DNA of 64,000 nucleotides from Methanomassiliicoccaceae archaeon (GCA_003560875.1 PWJQ01000035.1:7182-71181), one strand, 5' to 3'; counted from the first letter of the stretch, positions 46,729 through 57,805 are shown. A program made the numbers and translations. The notes: a model not told the origin generated them from the letters alone.

Positions 46729-47499
46729 CTACCTGAATAGGTCAGCGACGCTGCCGGCGACGACGTCGACCTCCATGCCTGATGCCTGCAAGGACTCCCT
46801 GTCCGCCTCACCGCTGAGGACCAGGACGGAGGTCATGCCGTTATCCACCGCCATCCTCATGTCCGTGTACAAGCGGTCCCCAACCATCGCCAGTTCATCC
46901 ACGGGGACGTTGAGATGCAGGGATGCCATCTCCACCATGGCGCTGTTCGGCTTCCCTATCACCAATGCCCTGCTCCCGGTGAGCTCCTCGAACATCCGTA
47001 TGAATGGGCCGACGTCCACATCGTAACCGTCCTCCGTAGGGCACAGGTCATCAGGATGGGTGGCGATGAGCTCTGCCCCCTGCAGGAGGAGATGGTAGGC
47101 GTGGTTGATCTTGCCGTAGGTGATGGTGCGGTCGAATGCCAGCAGTACGATGGGTGCGGCATCGGACAGTTCGATGCCCGCCTCCTTCAACTCCTCCGTG
47201 AACTGCGGCGTCCCCAGCGGATAGACGGCCTTTCCGGGGCGGTGGGCCTGGAGATGCAGTATGGTGGCGGTGGTGGATGTCAGTATGTTGTCGATGCCTA
47301 TGTCGAAGCCCATGTCGGTGAGCTTGCGCAGGTAATGGGAGCGGCTGGAAGAGGAGTTGTTGGTCAGCATCACGAACGGGATGTGCTCGCGTCCGAGGTG
47401 GGAGATGAACTCCTTGGCCCCGGGGATGGGTTCCATGCCCTTGTATACCGTGCCGTCCATGTCGATCAGGAACCCTTTAACCCCTTCGAGATGCCCCAT
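46729..47499 (-). CDS. HAD-IIA hydrolase (NagD-like)
   Basis: DMDGT, LTNNS, GKP, MVGDRLYTD. Confidence 0.93.
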   Translation of the reverse strand: MGHLEGVKGFLIDMDGTVYKGMEPIPGAKEFISHLGREHIPFVMLTNNSSSSRSHYLRKLTDMGFDIGIDNILTSTTATILHLQAHRPGKAVYPLGTPQFTEELKEAGIELSDAAPIVLLAFDRTITYGKINHAYHLLLQGAELIATHPDDLCPTEDGYDVDVGPFIRMFEELTGSRALVIGKPNSAMVEMASLHLNVPVDELAMVGDRLYTDMRMAVDNGMTSVLVLSGEADRESLQASGMEVDVVAGSVADLFR

Positions 47500-47585
47500 A
47501 GGGGGAGAATGGTGGTCAAATTATTAATCGATGATATGTAGTTGCGAATCACGGACCGTCAGGTATTCGATTGGAGTGTTGTTGC

Positions 47586-49118
47586 ATGACAAATGGGGAG
47601 AACGCCGGCGTTACAATGGGTCGTAAGTCCTTCCTCATCATGGCCTCCAACATACTGGCGGCGTTGATAGGCTTCGTGGCACTGACCACGATGACCCGTT
47701 ACGTCGGTGACGCCTACGGAAGCCTGATGTGGGCCATGGCGTTCGCCGCCACCTTCAACGCCATCTCCGACCTCGGCTTCTCCGCCGCCAACATCAAGAG
47801 GATATCGGAGGGCCAGGACGTCAACGACTGCTTCTCCACCTTCATCATCGTGAAGGTGGCGCTCACGGCATTGATGATGGCCGCCACCATCGGTTTCTTC
47901 CTGGTGTACATCTTCGTGCTGGGGAACCAGATATACACTGCCAGCATCTACACCCTGTTGCTGTTCGTGCTCTACTGGGGCCTGTGCAACATGTCAGGCG
48001 TGTTCACCTCACTGTTCAAGGCCCGTAAGGAGATATCGAAGGCGGAGTCGGTACATCTCATCGACCCTCTGCTCAGAGCACCGGTGATTGTGATTTTCGC
48101 ATTGCAAGGAGCGTCCGCGACCTTTCTGGCATTGGCGTATGTGCTCGGTGCCATGGCCATGGTCCTGGTCGGGATACTGTTGCTACGGCGCAGCGGCATA
48201 CGTCTCGTCCGGCCGACCCTGTTCCGCAACTATCTGCGCTTCGCCCTCCCGCTTTCCGGTATCGTGTTCCTCAGCGCCCTGCTGGTGAACCTGGACATAC
48301 TGCTGCTCGGTTACTTCTGGAATGCCGCCCAGGTCGGTTATTTCGCCTCTTCATACAAGCTGCTGGAACTTGTGCTGACCTTCGGAATGGCCATGAACAC
48401 CCTGCTTTTCCCCAGCATCTCGGAATGGCACGCGGTGGGGAACATGGATAGGATACGTGAGATCAGTGGCGAGGCGCAACGCTTCATCTCCATGCTGGGG
48501 ATGCCCGTTGCCGTGTTCCTTTTCATATTCGCCTATCCGGTGGCGGGCATAGTGTTCGGTGACGGCTTCGTCGGTGCTGGCGGACCTCTTATGATCATGG
48601 CCTTCATGATGTACATAATGCTGGTCATGGGCGTGCAGGGTCAGGTCTTGATGGGGTGCAACCGTCCCGACCTGGCCGCCAAGACGAAGATAGTGATGCT
48701 GGTGTTGAGGGTGTTGCTGCTCATCGTGTTCATCCCCACCTCGTTCTTCGGTATACCGATGTTGGAAATGAAGGCCACCGGGGCGGCACTCGCGGGTTTG
48801 TTTTCAATAATAGCCTACGCGTTCATCGTGAACATGTTCACCCATCACATCGCCGGTGTAAGCATATACCGTGGTATCGGCCTGCACATCATGGCCGGAG
48901 GGATGACCGCACTGGCCATGACGTCCCTGGCGCAGATAGTGCCGATGACCGGTTTCCTGACCATGTTGTTCCTGGCGGCATTGACCATGGTCGTGTTCCT
49001 GACGATCATGTTCGTGCTCAAGGAGTTCCGCAGGGATGACATGGATATGATCATCAACGCTGTCGACCCCCGTAAGATGATCTCCTACATCCGCGGTGAG
49101 TTAGGCGAGCGCGAATGA
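47586..49118 (+). CDS. Polysaccharide/oligosaccharide flippase (Wzx-like)
   Basis: About 14 TM segments, DLGF, D..LLGYF...VGYF, LFP.IS; next to glycosyltransferases. Confidence 0.88.
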   Translation: MTNGENAGVTMGRKSFLIMASNILAALIGFVALTTMTRYVGDAYGSLMWAMAFAATFNAISDLGFSAANIKRISEGQDVNDCFSTFIIVKVALTALMMAATIGFFLVYIFVLGNQIYTASIYTLLLFVLYWGLCNMSGVFTSLFKARKEISKAESVHLIDPLLRAPVIVIFALQGASATFLALAYVLGAMAMVLVGILLLRRSGIRLVRPTLFRNYLRFALPLSGIVFLSALLVNLDILLLGYFWNAAQVGYFASSYKLLELVLTFGMAMNTLLFPSISEWHAVGNMDRIREISGEAQRFISMLGMPVAVFLFIFAYPVAGIVFGDGFVGAGGPLMIMAFMMYIMLVMGVQGQVLMGCNRPDLAAKTKIVMLVLRVLLLIVFIPTSFFGIPMLEMKATGAALAGLFSIIAYAFIVNMFTHHIAGVSIYRGIGLHIMAGGMTALAMTSLAQIVPMTGFLTMLFLAALTMVVFLTIMFVLKEFRRDDMDMIINAVDPRKMISYIRGELGERE

Positions 49119-49159
49119 CCTTGGTATATGATTTATAAAAAAACGGAGATTGGAGGGCG

Positions 49160-49957
49160 ATGTTGGTATCCGTCGTCCTCAAAGTCCGCAACGAGGAGCA
49201 TTGCATCAGCGATGCCTTGGATTCGCTGGTTGTACAGGAAGGACCGTTGGAGATAATCATCGTCGATGGCTCCAGCACCGACCGTACCCGCGAGATCGTC
49301 AAAGGGTATCAGCAGATCTTCGATTTCATCCATCTCTACAAGGCGGGAAGGAACCGCGCTGAGAGTCTCAACCACGGACTGGAGAGGGCGAAGGGAGACA
49401 TCATCGCCCTGACCGACGGGGATTGCATCGCCAACCCCTACTGGTTGAAGGAGATGCGCCGCTCCATCGTTGAGGACGGTCATGACCTGGTCGCCGGCCG
49501 CAGCATATCCCTCGGCCTTCGGGCCTGGGAAGAGTTGGCCCGTGTGGAACTCTATAACCAGGGTTTCGACTGCAGCTGGCCGGGCTGCAACATAGCCTAC
49601 CGTCGCGAGGTCTACGAGAAGGTGGGTGATGTCGACCCGTGGTTCATCACCGCCGAGGACATCGACTACAACATCCGTGCCACGGATGCCGGTTTCACAC
49701 TGCACCACAACCACAACGCCATCATATACAACCGTACGCGCAACACGGTCTACGGTTTCATCAATCAGGCCTTCTGGAACGGCGCCGGCCGTAAACAACT
49801 GAACATCAAGTACGAAGGCCGGTTATGGAAGAAGTACAACCCCATCAACATGCTCACGGAGAGGAAGATGACCTTCTGGTACATGGTGAGGATCGGCTTC
49901 GCCGGTATGGGTTACATCGGCTACAAGTACTTCGGCGCCAAGAAATCGATTCAGTAA
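49160..49957 (+). CDS. Glycosyltransferase family 2
   Basis: SVV...RNE, VDGSSTD.T, TDGD, ED. Confidence 0.9.
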   Translation: MLVSVVLKVRNEEHCISDALDSLVVQEGPLEIIIVDGSSTDRTREIVKGYQQIFDFIHLYKAGRNRAESLNHGLERAKGDIIALTDGDCIANPYWLKEMRRSIVEDGHDLVAGRSISLGLRAWEELARVELYNQGFDCSWPGCNIAYRREVYEKVGDVDPWFITAEDIDYNIRATDAGFTLHHNHNAIIYNRTRNTVYGFINQAFWNGAGRKQLNIKYEGRLWKKYNPINMLTERKMTFWYMVRIGFAGMGYIGYKYFGAKKSIQ

Positions 49958-49999
49958 CTGTTAACTAATCCCAGCGGCATTGCCGGCCGAGGATTTTCT

Positions 50000-50683
50000 G
50001 TGAAAGTGTCAGTGATCATACCGACCATGAACGAGGCCGAGTCCATAGGAGAGGTCCTGGATCAGATCGGTGCGGCGTTCTCCGACAGTGAACTCGACTA
50101 CGAGGCGATGATTGTGGACACCTCGTCCACCGACGGTACCCAGGAGATTGCCAGGTCCAAGGGCGCTCGCGTCGTCGAAGAACCGAGGAGAGGGTACGGC
50201 GTGGCCTACAAGACCGGATTCGCCGCCGCTGACGGCGACATATACGCCACTCTCGATGCTGACTGCACCTATCCGGCGGAGATCATCCCCGAACTGTGCA
50301 GGAGGTTGATCGATGAGGACCTGGAGTTCATAACAACCAACCGTTTCGGGAACCTTGAGGAGGGCGCCATGAGCCTTATGCACCGCTTCGGCAACTGGGT
50401 CCTGACCTGCACCACCAACCTTCTCTTCCGCATCAGGATCAAGGACTCGCAGAGCGGGATGTGGGTGTTCCGTCCGGAGGTCCTGGAACGCTTCGAACTG
50501 CACTCCGACGGCATGCCTTTGTCGGAGGAGATAAAGATCGAGGCCATGCGCAAATCACGTGCGATCGAGATACCGGTCAGCTACCGCCGCCGGGTGGGAG
50601 AGGTGAAACTCTCATCCTGGAAGGACGGCGGCGAGGATTTCTTCTACCTCTGGCGCAAAAGGTTCCTCAGACCAAAGGCCTGA
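50000..50683 (+). CDS. GT2, polyprenol-phosphate glycosyltransferase-like
   Basis: SVIIP..NE, GYG.A, DAD.TYP, DSQSG, YRRRVGE.KL. Confidence 0.9.
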   Translation: MKVSVIIPTMNEAESIGEVLDQIGAAFSDSELDYEAMIVDTSSTDGTQEIARSKGARVVEEPRRGYGVAYKTGFAAADGDIYATLDADCTYPAEIIPELCRRLIDEDLEFITTNRFGNLEEGAMSLMHRFGNWVLTCTTNLLFRIRIKDSQSGMWVFRPEVLERFELHSDGMPLSEEIKIEAMRKSRAIEIPVSYRRRVGEVKLSSWKDGGEDFFYLWRKRFLRPKA

Positions 50684-51197
50684 TAGTCCGTATGGTCTCG
50701 CGGAGGCCTTCCCGGGCCTCCTTGCGGTAGATGCAGGCGGCGGGATGGTAGGTGGGTATGAGTAATATCTCCCGGCCTCCGACATCGAGGGACATCCGCT
50801 TGTTGGCCATCTCCTTCATCGGCGATGTCAGGCCGGCGAGGGAACGGCATGCTGAGCGTCCCAAGGCCACCACCGCCTCGCAATCCTGAAGTTCGGCCAG
50901 AAGGAATGGTCGGCAGGCGTCCATCTCCTCCTGTATCGGGTCACGGTTCCCCGGCGGCCGGCACTTCACGGTGTTCGTTATACGTATCGATTCTCTCTCG
51001 ACCCCTTCCTCGAGAAGCATTCTATCGAGTAGTTTCCCCGACCGGCCGACGAAGGGCGTGCCGCTGAGGTCCTCCTTCTCCCCGGGGGCCTCGCCCACGA
51101 AACAAACTTTGGACGAGGGGTCGCCGCAGGGGAGGACCATAATGGTCCGCCCGGAATGGAGACCGCAGAGCATGCAGTCCTTGTCGGGTCGCATCAC
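50667..51197 (-). CDS. udg: Uracil-DNA glycosylase family 4
   Basis: C..C.L, GEAPG, PFVGRSG, N.VKCRPP.NR.P, YHPAA. Confidence 0.95.
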   Translation of the reverse strand: MMRPDKDCMLCGLHSGRTIMVLPCGDPSSKVCFVGEAPGEKEDLSGTPFVGRSGKLLDRMLLEEGVERESIRITNTVKCRPPGNRDPIQEEMDACRPFLLAELQDCEAVVALGRSACRSLAGLTSPMKEMANKRMSLDVGGREILLIPTYHPAACIYRKEAREGLRETIRTIRPLV

Positions 51198-51715
51198 TTC
51201 TGCAGGAGGCGGCTGGCGGTCAGGAGCGCCTCCAGCCTCAGGCCCTCGGCGGCCAGGGCCTCCCTGCCGCCCGCCTCGCGGTCTATCACCGTGATGACGG
51301 TGTCCACCACCGCCCCGTGCTCACGCAGCTGCCTGACGGCACCGATGACCGAACCGGCGGATGTGATCACGTCCTCAACGACCAGGACTCGCATGCCCTC
51401 TTCGAGGTCCCCCTCCACCGTGGACCCGGTGCCATGGCCCTTCCTCTCCTTGCGCACCATCAGCAAGGGTATGCCGGTGCGCAGGGACAGGGCGGTGGCC
51501 AACGGTATCGACCCGAGTACGACGCCGGCCACACGGTCGGGTCTCTTCCCGGAATCCAGCACGGATGCCATCTCGTCAGCGATTACAGAAAGTACGTCCG
51601 GACGGGTGCTGGCCTTCTTTATGTCAACGTAATAATCACTCTTCTCGCCGGAGGCGAGGGTGAACTCCCCGAAACGCAGGGCGCCGCAGTTCCTCAAAGC
51701 ATTCTCCAGTTTCAT
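51194..51715 (-). CDS. pyrE: Orotate phosphoribosyltransferase
   Basis: FGEFTLASG..S.YYVD, RKE.K.HG, VVEDV.T. Confidence 0.95.
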   Translation of the reverse strand: MKLENALRNCGALRFGEFTLASGEKSDYYVDIKKASTRPDVLSVIADEMASVLDSGKRPDRVAGVVLGSIPLATALSLRTGIPLLMVRKERKGHGTGSTVEGDLEEGMRVLVVEDVITSAGSVIGAVRQLREHGAVVDTVITVIDREAGGREALAAEGLRLEALLTASRLLQK

Positions 51716-51719
51716 GATC

Positions 51720-52292
51720 TCACCACGGTACGTCCTTCTTGCCCATACGGTAGCCGAGGATGTTCATGCCCCGATGGAGCAAGGGGGTTGCGATCAGAAG
51801 GGCGATGAGCGCCAATATGCTCCAGCCCTCGATGTATGATGTGTAGAACCACGACGGATAGAAGATGACGGCGAGGAGGAATGCACCGATGAGGAAGTCG
51901 TACTGATCCAGCACCGGCATCTTCGCCCCGCGGGGGACGTTCAGTCTCCGCTTGAGGAAGGAACCGAGCATGTCGCCCAGCAGAGATCCCACCGCCAATA
52001 CAACTATCACACCCAGCGCCTGCGCGGTGGGCCCGTAGCCACCGTTGTCCGCCCATCCCGCCAGGGACGATATGCCCAGTAGAACGAGTCCCAACAGTAT
52101 GCCGGCCCCGGCACCGCCGATGAACCCTCTCCAGGTCTTGCCGTCCCCGAGCAGGCGTCTTCCCTTCCAACTCCTCCCGAAATCCACCGGCGTCCCGCCG
52201 CCGGTCAGGACCGCGGCGGAGTTGGGCAGCAGGGCAGGTAATGCAAGCCAGAATCCACTGGCGGCTATGATGGCGGCCTCGGCCAATTCCAT
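51720..52292 (-). CDS. carS: CDP-archaeol synthase (DUF46)
   Basis: PNSAAV..GGG.P.D, LGDGKTWRG, GD..GSF.KRR, LDQYDF, K.VPW. Confidence 0.95.
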   Translation of the reverse strand: MELAEAAIIAASGFWLALPALLPNSAAVLTGGGTPVDFGRSWKGRRLLGDGKTWRGFIGGAGAGILLGLVLLGISSLAGWADNGGYGPTAQALGVIVVLAVGSLLGDMLGSFLKRRLNVPRGAKMPVLDQYDFLIGAFLLAVIFYPSWFYTSYIEGWSILALIALLIATPLLHRGMNILGYRMGKKDVPW

Positions 52293-52302
52293 GGCCAGGG
52301 CA

Positions 52303-54204
52303 TCAGATAGCACGATTATTAACCTTTGCAGCCGCGAAGAAGGCCTCCGCGGCACCGACGGGGTCGGCGGAGGGCATCGACTCCAGCGGGCCCAATGAGG
52401 CGGCGCGGTTGTCGAGTATCACTATGACCCCCCGGTCGGTCTCCGAACGTATGACGCGGCCCATGGCCTGCCTCATCTTCCTCAGGGTGGGGGCTTTCAT
52501 CACATACTCCCAGCCCTTGCGGAACCTCATGTCGTAATAGGTGAGGAGGGCCTGGTTGCGGGCGGACGGTCGCGGGTACGGTATACCGACCAGTATCGCC
52601 ATCTCCATATCGGAGTCGGGGAAGTCCAGGCCTTCGGATATCCTGCCGCCGTAGACGGCGAAGAGGACCGCGCCCTCGGCCTTCCGGAATCTCTCCACGG
52701 TTTCCATGAGTTCAACCTGAGCCATACCCTTTTTCTCAAGATGCACATCGCTCTTGATCCTCTGGACCACTCCGTCACGGATGAAGCGCTCCATCATAAG
52801 GTAGGAGGGGAAGAACACCGCGGTGTTCCTGCCCGTGGAGTCGCAGAGGTCGACCACGTAGTCCTGTATGCGGCGGGTGGTGTCGCGGTCCCTCTGCAGC
52901 ACCTCGTATTTGGTGGTCACATCCTCGGCGTGCAGCACCAGTCTGTTCTCAGGCGGGAAGGGGCTCTTGAAATAACGGGCGGCGGCTTCAACACCCAGTC
53001 CGAGGGAGTCGCGGTACTCGGTTATCGGGTCCAGGGTACCGGACATATGGATGGTGGCATGGCAGTTCAGCAACGGCTCGGCGGCCAAGGATGGATCGAG
53101 GCAGTAGCATTGCAGCGAGGGGTTCTCCCCTCCGGTGACCACCTTGACATAATGCCTCTCGTCCAAGGAGGCGAAGGTCTGCAGGAAGGAACCCAGGATG
53201 AGCATGTAGGACCGCGGCAGGCGGCCGCTCTCCTTACGGGACTCCCTCACCGTCTCACCGTGGTCGCAGAGGCTGCGGTACATCCTCTCCAAGGAGTTGG
53301 AGCTGGTGCGCAGCTCCATCATGAGGCCGGTGGATATCAGATCGGGCGGAATGAGGCCGTCGTCGTCACGCAGATAGTCCTCGGCGGCCTCCAATATCTT
53401 CTCCTCGATGATGTCGGCGATGTCCAAAGCCGATACGCCGTTCATCACCTCCGGGTCTCCGAACTCCTCCACCTCCGCACGTAGCATGCGCAGGTGGTAC
53501 AGACTCAAGGACGATGTCCAGACCTCGCGCAGATAATCGGGGAGGTTGTGGGCCTCGTCCACGATGACCACCGCCTCCTCCATGGAGGCGTTCATCCAAT
53601 ACAGGAAACGGTCGCGTATGAAGGGGACGAAGAAATAATTGTAGGGGGCGACCACCACGTCGGCATAGGGCAGCATGAGTTTCATCATCTCATAGGGACA
53701 GGCACCCCTCTCGGCGCAGATGGCGACGAACTCCTCCACCTGGGGCATCTTCTCGCGGCAGATGGAGAGCATCTCCTCCTCGTCGAACTCCAGGCATCGG
53801 CGGTAGTACTCGCAGCCGCCCTCGCCGGCCATGGCCTTGCGTTTCTGCTCACCGCAGTACTTCGACAGCTCCTCGGAGCTGCCCTTGCTCAACTCCTCGT
53901 CGGAGGCCGCCAGGGGGCAGGTGGAGTTCCGGCCCTGTATGCCCATCGCCAATACGGTCTCCTTCTCGGAAATGCGCCTCGTCTCGATGATGACCTGGCG
54001 CTGCTGCGATTTGGTGCGTGTCATGTACACCACCCTCTTCCCCATCTCCAGGGACGCTTCGAGGGCACCCGCCAGGGAGCAGACGGTCTTACCGGTGCCG
54101 GTGCCGCTCTCGAGGACCAGATGCCCGGCCCCCTGGACCGTGCCACGGACCAGGGAGACGAACTCCTCCTGCTGGTCACGGAGAGGGTAGGGGAAAAGAC
54201 GCAT
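52303..54204 (-). CDS. xpd: XPD/Rad3-like Fe-S DNA helicase
   Basis: Q motif, GTGTGKT, four Cys, DEAH, SGTL, SEGLDF, Q..GR.IR. Confidence 0.92.
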   Translation of the reverse strand: MRLFPYPLRDQQEEFVSLVRGTVQGAGHLVLESGTGTGKTVCSLAGALEASLEMGKRVVYMTRTKSQQRQVIIETRRISEKETVLAMGIQGRNSTCPLAASDEELSKGSSEELSKYCGEQKRKAMAGEGGCEYYRRCLEFDEEEMLSICREKMPQVEEFVAICAERGACPYEMMKLMLPYADVVVAPYNYFFVPFIRDRFLYWMNASMEEAVVIVDEAHNLPDYLREVWTSSLSLYHLRMLRAEVEEFGDPEVMNGVSALDIADIIEEKILEAAEDYLRDDDGLIPPDLISTGLMMELRTSSNSLERMYRSLCDHGETVRESRKESGRLPRSYMLILGSFLQTFASLDERHYVKVVTGGENPSLQCYCLDPSLAAEPLLNCHATIHMSGTLDPITEYRDSLGLGVEAAARYFKSPFPPENRLVLHAEDVTTKYEVLQRDRDTTRRIQDYVVDLCDSTGRNTAVFFPSYLMMERFIRDGVVQRIKSDVHLEKKGMAQVELMETVERFRKAEGAVLFAVYGGRISEGLDFPDSDMEMAILVGIPYPRPSARNQALLTYYDMRFRKGWEYVMKAPTLRKMRQAMGRVIRSETDRGVIVILDNRAASLGPLESMPSADPVGAAEAFFAAAKVNNRAI

Positions 54205-54262
54205 GTCTATCAGAGAGAATTGTGTTTAAGAAGGGGTTTTCTGAGAGTTGGTCGAAACTGGA

Positions 54263-54715
54263 TCACTCGCGGGTCCAGAACTCTTCCGGTATGTCTTCGT
54301 AGATGGAGTCCGGACCCCTGATGGCATCGGCCTCTTCATCGCTCTTACCGATGAGGTCCAGTATACGGTCACGGCGGAACAGCCAATAATGGATACGCCA
54401 TTCCCTGCCGTCGTAGAGGGTGGTCTCCTCTCTCTCGGTGGTGAGTATTCCAGTGTCCTCGAGCATGTAGAAGGCGTCACGGTCCTCGGGCTCGAGCATG
54501 TTGTCGATGATGCGGTCAGAATATCCGAAGAAATTGAGAATGTGCTGTGCGAGATGCCCGGCCTCCTCGGCGGGCATTCCACGGGTGTCTATTCCGTTCG
54601 TGATGGCCATGGTGAGGTCGTCCGCGGTCAAGGTGGTTCGTTTAGAAAGCTCTACCAAGAACTCCTGTTCTACGGCATCTTCTAGTGTCGGTTTTTCATT
54701 CAAGGTAAATTCCAT
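54263..54715 (-). CDS. Conserved Thermoplasmata protein (DUF6015-like)
   Basis: FFGY..RIIDN.LEPEDRD.FY.LED.G.L...EE...DGREWRIHYW; SD GGAGG. Confidence 0.75.
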   Translation of the reverse strand: MEFTLNEKPTLEDAVEQEFLVELSKRTTLTADDLTMAITNGIDTRGMPAEEAGHLAQHILNFFGYSDRIIDNMLEPEDRDAFYMLEDTGILTTEREETTLYDGREWRIHYWLFRRDRILDLIGKSDEEADAIRGPDSIYEDIPEEFWTRE

Positions 54716-54858
54716 ATTTATTTCCTCCAAGGATTATAGTTCCCTCCTGAGAATCGGTAATCGATAGGTGATAGACGTTTCGTTACAATTATTTAAAGCT
54801 TATTGTGTGTGTGATCCGCGGAGACAACGAAAAGTTGCTAAACGCGGAGAGCGATGGT

Positions 54859-55152
54859 ATGGCTATGATAGCTTCTTTCAGCATCGTTCCTTTGGACAAG
54901 GGCGAGAGTGTCAGCGAACAGGTCGCCGAGTGTCTGCGGATCGTCCGGGAGAGCGGGCTGTCCCATCGCCTCACACCGATGTCCACCGTCATCGAGGGGA
55001 CATCCGAGGAGGTGATGGCGACCATCATGCGCTGCCATGCGGCGGTGAGGTCGGCCTCCAGCCGGGTGCTCACCCGCATCGACATCGATGACCGTGAAGG
55101 GGTCAGCGATGGCCTCGTCACCAAGATGAGAAGCGTGGAGTCCAAACTCTAG
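54859..55152 (+). CDS. MTH1187 family thiamine-binding protein
   Basis: FSIVP, S...A, L.PM.T.IEG, RV...I.IDDR. Confidence 0.9.
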   Translation: MAMIASFSIVPLDKGESVSEQVAECLRIVRESGLSHRLTPMSTVIEGTSEEVMATIMRCHAAVRSASSRVLTRIDIDDREGVSDGLVTKMRSVESKL

Positions 55153-56744
55153 CGCATGTAGGTCCGCGTCTGCGACAGGCGTATGAAGCGGGCCTCCTCG
55201 AAGCGGTCGAGGCCGTTTATCTCCTCCATGACCTTGTCGGGGACCGCCTCATCGACGGTCATCAGCATCAGAGCGTTCTTCTCCTTCCCCTCGCGGGCGA
55301 CGACCATGCCGGCGATGTTGACGTTGTTCTCGCCGAACATGCGGCCGATCATGCCGATGATGCCGGGACCGTCACGGTAGATGGCCATGAGGAAGTCGGC
55401 GTCCAAGGGTATCTCGATGTTGTATTGGTCGACACCGACGATACGGGCCTGATGACCAGGGAAGACTGTGCCGCGGACCTCTCGGGAGCTGTCGTCGCTG
55501 CCGATGCGGACGCTGAGCATGTTGGTGTAGTGGTCGCACTCGTCGACCTTGGTCTCCACTATCTTGATGCCCTTGCTCTTGGCGATGGACTCGGCGTTGA
55601 TTATGTTGGTGTTGTCACCGACGATGTGGGACAGAACGCCGATCAGAGCGGAGAGGGTGACCATGCGGGTGTTCTTGGAGGCCAGCTCACCATAGCATTT
55701 GACCTCCAGACGGTCGACGGGGCCGGTGCGGCTCTGGAATGCGAAGGATCCCATGCTCTCCGCCAGGGAGACGAATGGTTCGAGTTCCGAGTCCACCTGA
55801 CCACGGGGGGCGTTGACGGCGTTGGATATTATGCCGTCGCGCAGGAACATGAGGACATGCTCCGCCATCTCCACGGAGACCTTCTCCTGGGCCTCGATGG
55901 TGGAGGCGCCGAGATGGGGGGTGGTTATTATGTTGGGCAGTTCGAGGAGCTTGCAGGGCTTCAGCGGCTCCTCCGCGAACACATCGAAGGCCGCCCCGGC
56001 GATGGTGCCGTCGGTCAACGCTTCAGCGAGTGCGTCCTCGTTGACGATGCCGCCACGGGCGACGTTAACGAGCAGCGCATTCTTCTTCATCATCGCGAAC
56101 TGCTCCTTGTCGATCATGTGCTTGGTGGACGGCGTCAGAGGAGCATGGACGGTGATGATGTCCGATTCCGATATGACCTCCTCCAAGGTCGTCAGCTTGA
56201 CGCCGAGCTTCTCGGCGATGTCCTCGGGGAGGAAGGGGTCGTAACCGAGGAGTTTCATCTCGAAGGAGGCGGCGCGCTTGGCCACCTCCGCACCCACGCG
56301 GCCGACGCCGACGATGCCCAGGGTCTTGCCGAAGAGCTCCACGCCGGTGAAGCGCTTCCTCTCCCACTTGCCCTCGTGCACCGACTGATGGGCCCAGACG
56401 ATGTTGCGGGCCAGGGCCATCATCATCGCCAGCGAGTGCTCCGCCGCCGATATGATGTTGGCGGAGGGGGTGTTCATGACCAGTATGCCCTTGGCGGTGG
56501 CCGCCGGCACGTCGACGTTGTCGACGCCGACACCGGCGCGTCCCACGACCTTCAGCTTCTTGCCGCACTCGATGATGCGGGCGGTGATGGTGGTGCCGCT
56601 GCGTATGATCACGCCCTCGTAGTCAGCGATGATCTCGCAGAGTTCGTCCTCGCTCAGTCCCGGCCTCACATCCACGGGTATGCCCGATTCCTTGAGTATG
56701 TTGATGCCCTCCTCGGAGAGGGGGTCGGTAACAAGCAGTTTCAT
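55149..56744 (-). CDS. serA: D-3-phosphoglycerate dehydrogenase (ASB and ACT domains)
   Basis: [35 protein letters not shown] domain. Confidence 0.96.
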   Translation of the reverse strand: MKLLVTDPLSEEGINILKESGIPVDVRPGLSEDELCEIIADYEGVIIRSGTTITARIIECGKKLKVVGRAGVGVDNVDVPAATAKGILVMNTPSANIISAAEHSLAMMMALARNIVWAHQSVHEGKWERKRFTGVELFGKTLGIVGVGRVGAEVAKRAASFEMKLLGYDPFLPEDIAEKLGVKLTTLEEVISESDIITVHAPLTPSTKHMIDKEQFAMMKKNALLVNVARGGIVNEDALAEALTDGTIAGAAFDVFAEEPLKPCKLLELPNIITTPHLGASTIEAQEKVSVEMAEHVLMFLRDGIISNAVNAPRGQVDSELEPFVSLAESMGSFAFQSRTGPVDRLEVKCYGELASKNTRMVTLSALIGVLSHIVGDNTNIINAESIAKSKGIKIVETKVDECDHYTNMLSVRIGSDDSSREVRGTVFPGHQARIVGVDQYNIEIPLDADFLMAIYRDGPGIIGMIGRMFGENNVNIAGMVVAREGKEKNALMLMTVDEAVPDKVMEEINGLDRFEEARFIRLSQTRTYMR

Positions 56745-57805
56745 GCTATTTCCTCCAATGTCTCGTCCATCTTCTCGATGAGTTCCTTGATGTCGGCGAC
56801 GGTCAGGTCGCCCATGTGACCTATGCGGAAGGTCGTGTCTTTAATCTTTCCGTATCCGTTGGATATCTCGTAGCCCTTCTCCTTGAGGGCGGAGTGGAAG
56901 GTGTCGAAGGGCATGTCGCCCTTGTTGATCACCGAGATGGTGTCGGAACGGAAGCCCTTCTGAGCATACAGTCCGTCACGCCCCTCCGCCCAGGAGTGCA
57001 CCAGGGCCTTCATCTCCTGATGGCGGCGGTAGCGGGCGGGCATGCCCTCGGCGAGCATACGGTCCAGTTGTGCGTCCAAGCCGTACATCAGTGACACCGG
57101 CGGCGTGGTGAGGGCGTAGTTCTCGGTGTTCTTGTTGTGTATCTCGTTGAGATTGAAGTAATACCCAGCGTCCTTGGCGTCCTTGGAGCGCTCCAGAAGA
57201 GGCTCGGAGCAGGCCGCCAATGCGATGCCGGGCGGGAGCGCCAAGGCCTTCTGGGTACCGAAGACCAGGGCATCTATGTCCAGGGAACGGAGCTTGAGGT
57301 CGGTTCCGGCCACGGCGGTCACGCCGTCGACCATGACCAGCGCGTCGCTGCGCTCCTTGATGGCATCCACGATGTCGGCGGTGGGGTTGAGCACACCGGT
57401 GGAGGATTCGTTGCTGACGAAGTGCACAGCGTCCACGGACCCGTCGATGGAGTCCAGGAAATGCTCGGGCATGATGGGTTCGCCCCACGGTGCCTCGGCC
57501 TTGATAACGGTCTTGCCGTTAGACTCGCTGATCTCCTGCCAGCGTTTACCGAAGGAGCCGTTGGACATCCCCAGGGCCTTGCTCCTCACACCGCAGCGGG
57601 AACATCCCTCCAGCAGGCCGGTGGCGGAGGATCCCACAAAGAGTATCTCCATATCGGTGTCCAGCACCTTCCGGGTCTTCTCAACAATGTTCTCGTGGAG
57701 TTTCTTGTACTCCTTGCCGCGATGGATGATCATAGGTTTGGACATGGCCTTGACCAGTTCCTCCCTGACCTCCACGGGACCGACGGTGAACAGCCTGCGA
57801 TTCAC
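56741..57805 (-). CDS. Class V aminotransferase (archaeal SerC/alanine-glyoxylate type)
   Basis: GP, HR, NESSTGV, DG, GTQKAL.LPPG, FRIGHMG; coupled to serA. Confidence 0.92.
   Translation of the reverse strand: MNRRLFTVGPVEVREELVKAMSKPMIIHRGKEYKKLHENIVEKTRKVLDTDMEILFVGSSATGLLEGCSRCGVRSKALGMSNGSFGKRWQEISESNGKTVIKAEAPWGEPIMPEHFLDSIDGSVDAVHFVSNESSTGVLNPTADIVDAIKERSDALVMVDGVTAVAGTDLKLRSLDIDALVFGTQKALALPPGIALAACSEPLLERSKDAKDAGYYFNLNEIHNKNTENYALTTPPVSLMYGLDAQLDRMLAEGMPARYRRHQEMKALVHSWAEGRDGLYAQKGFRSDTISVINKGDMPFDTFHSALKEKGYEISNGYGKIKDTTFRIGHMGDLTVADIKELIEKMDETLEEIA

Noticed and set aside
55425..56819. Long antisense ORFs (also 6206-7210, 27609-28514, 59306-60238) and the same-strand shifted-frame ORF 20053-21249
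   Set aside because: Shadow frames expected from high GC3 codon bias over well-supported genes; no recognisable motifs
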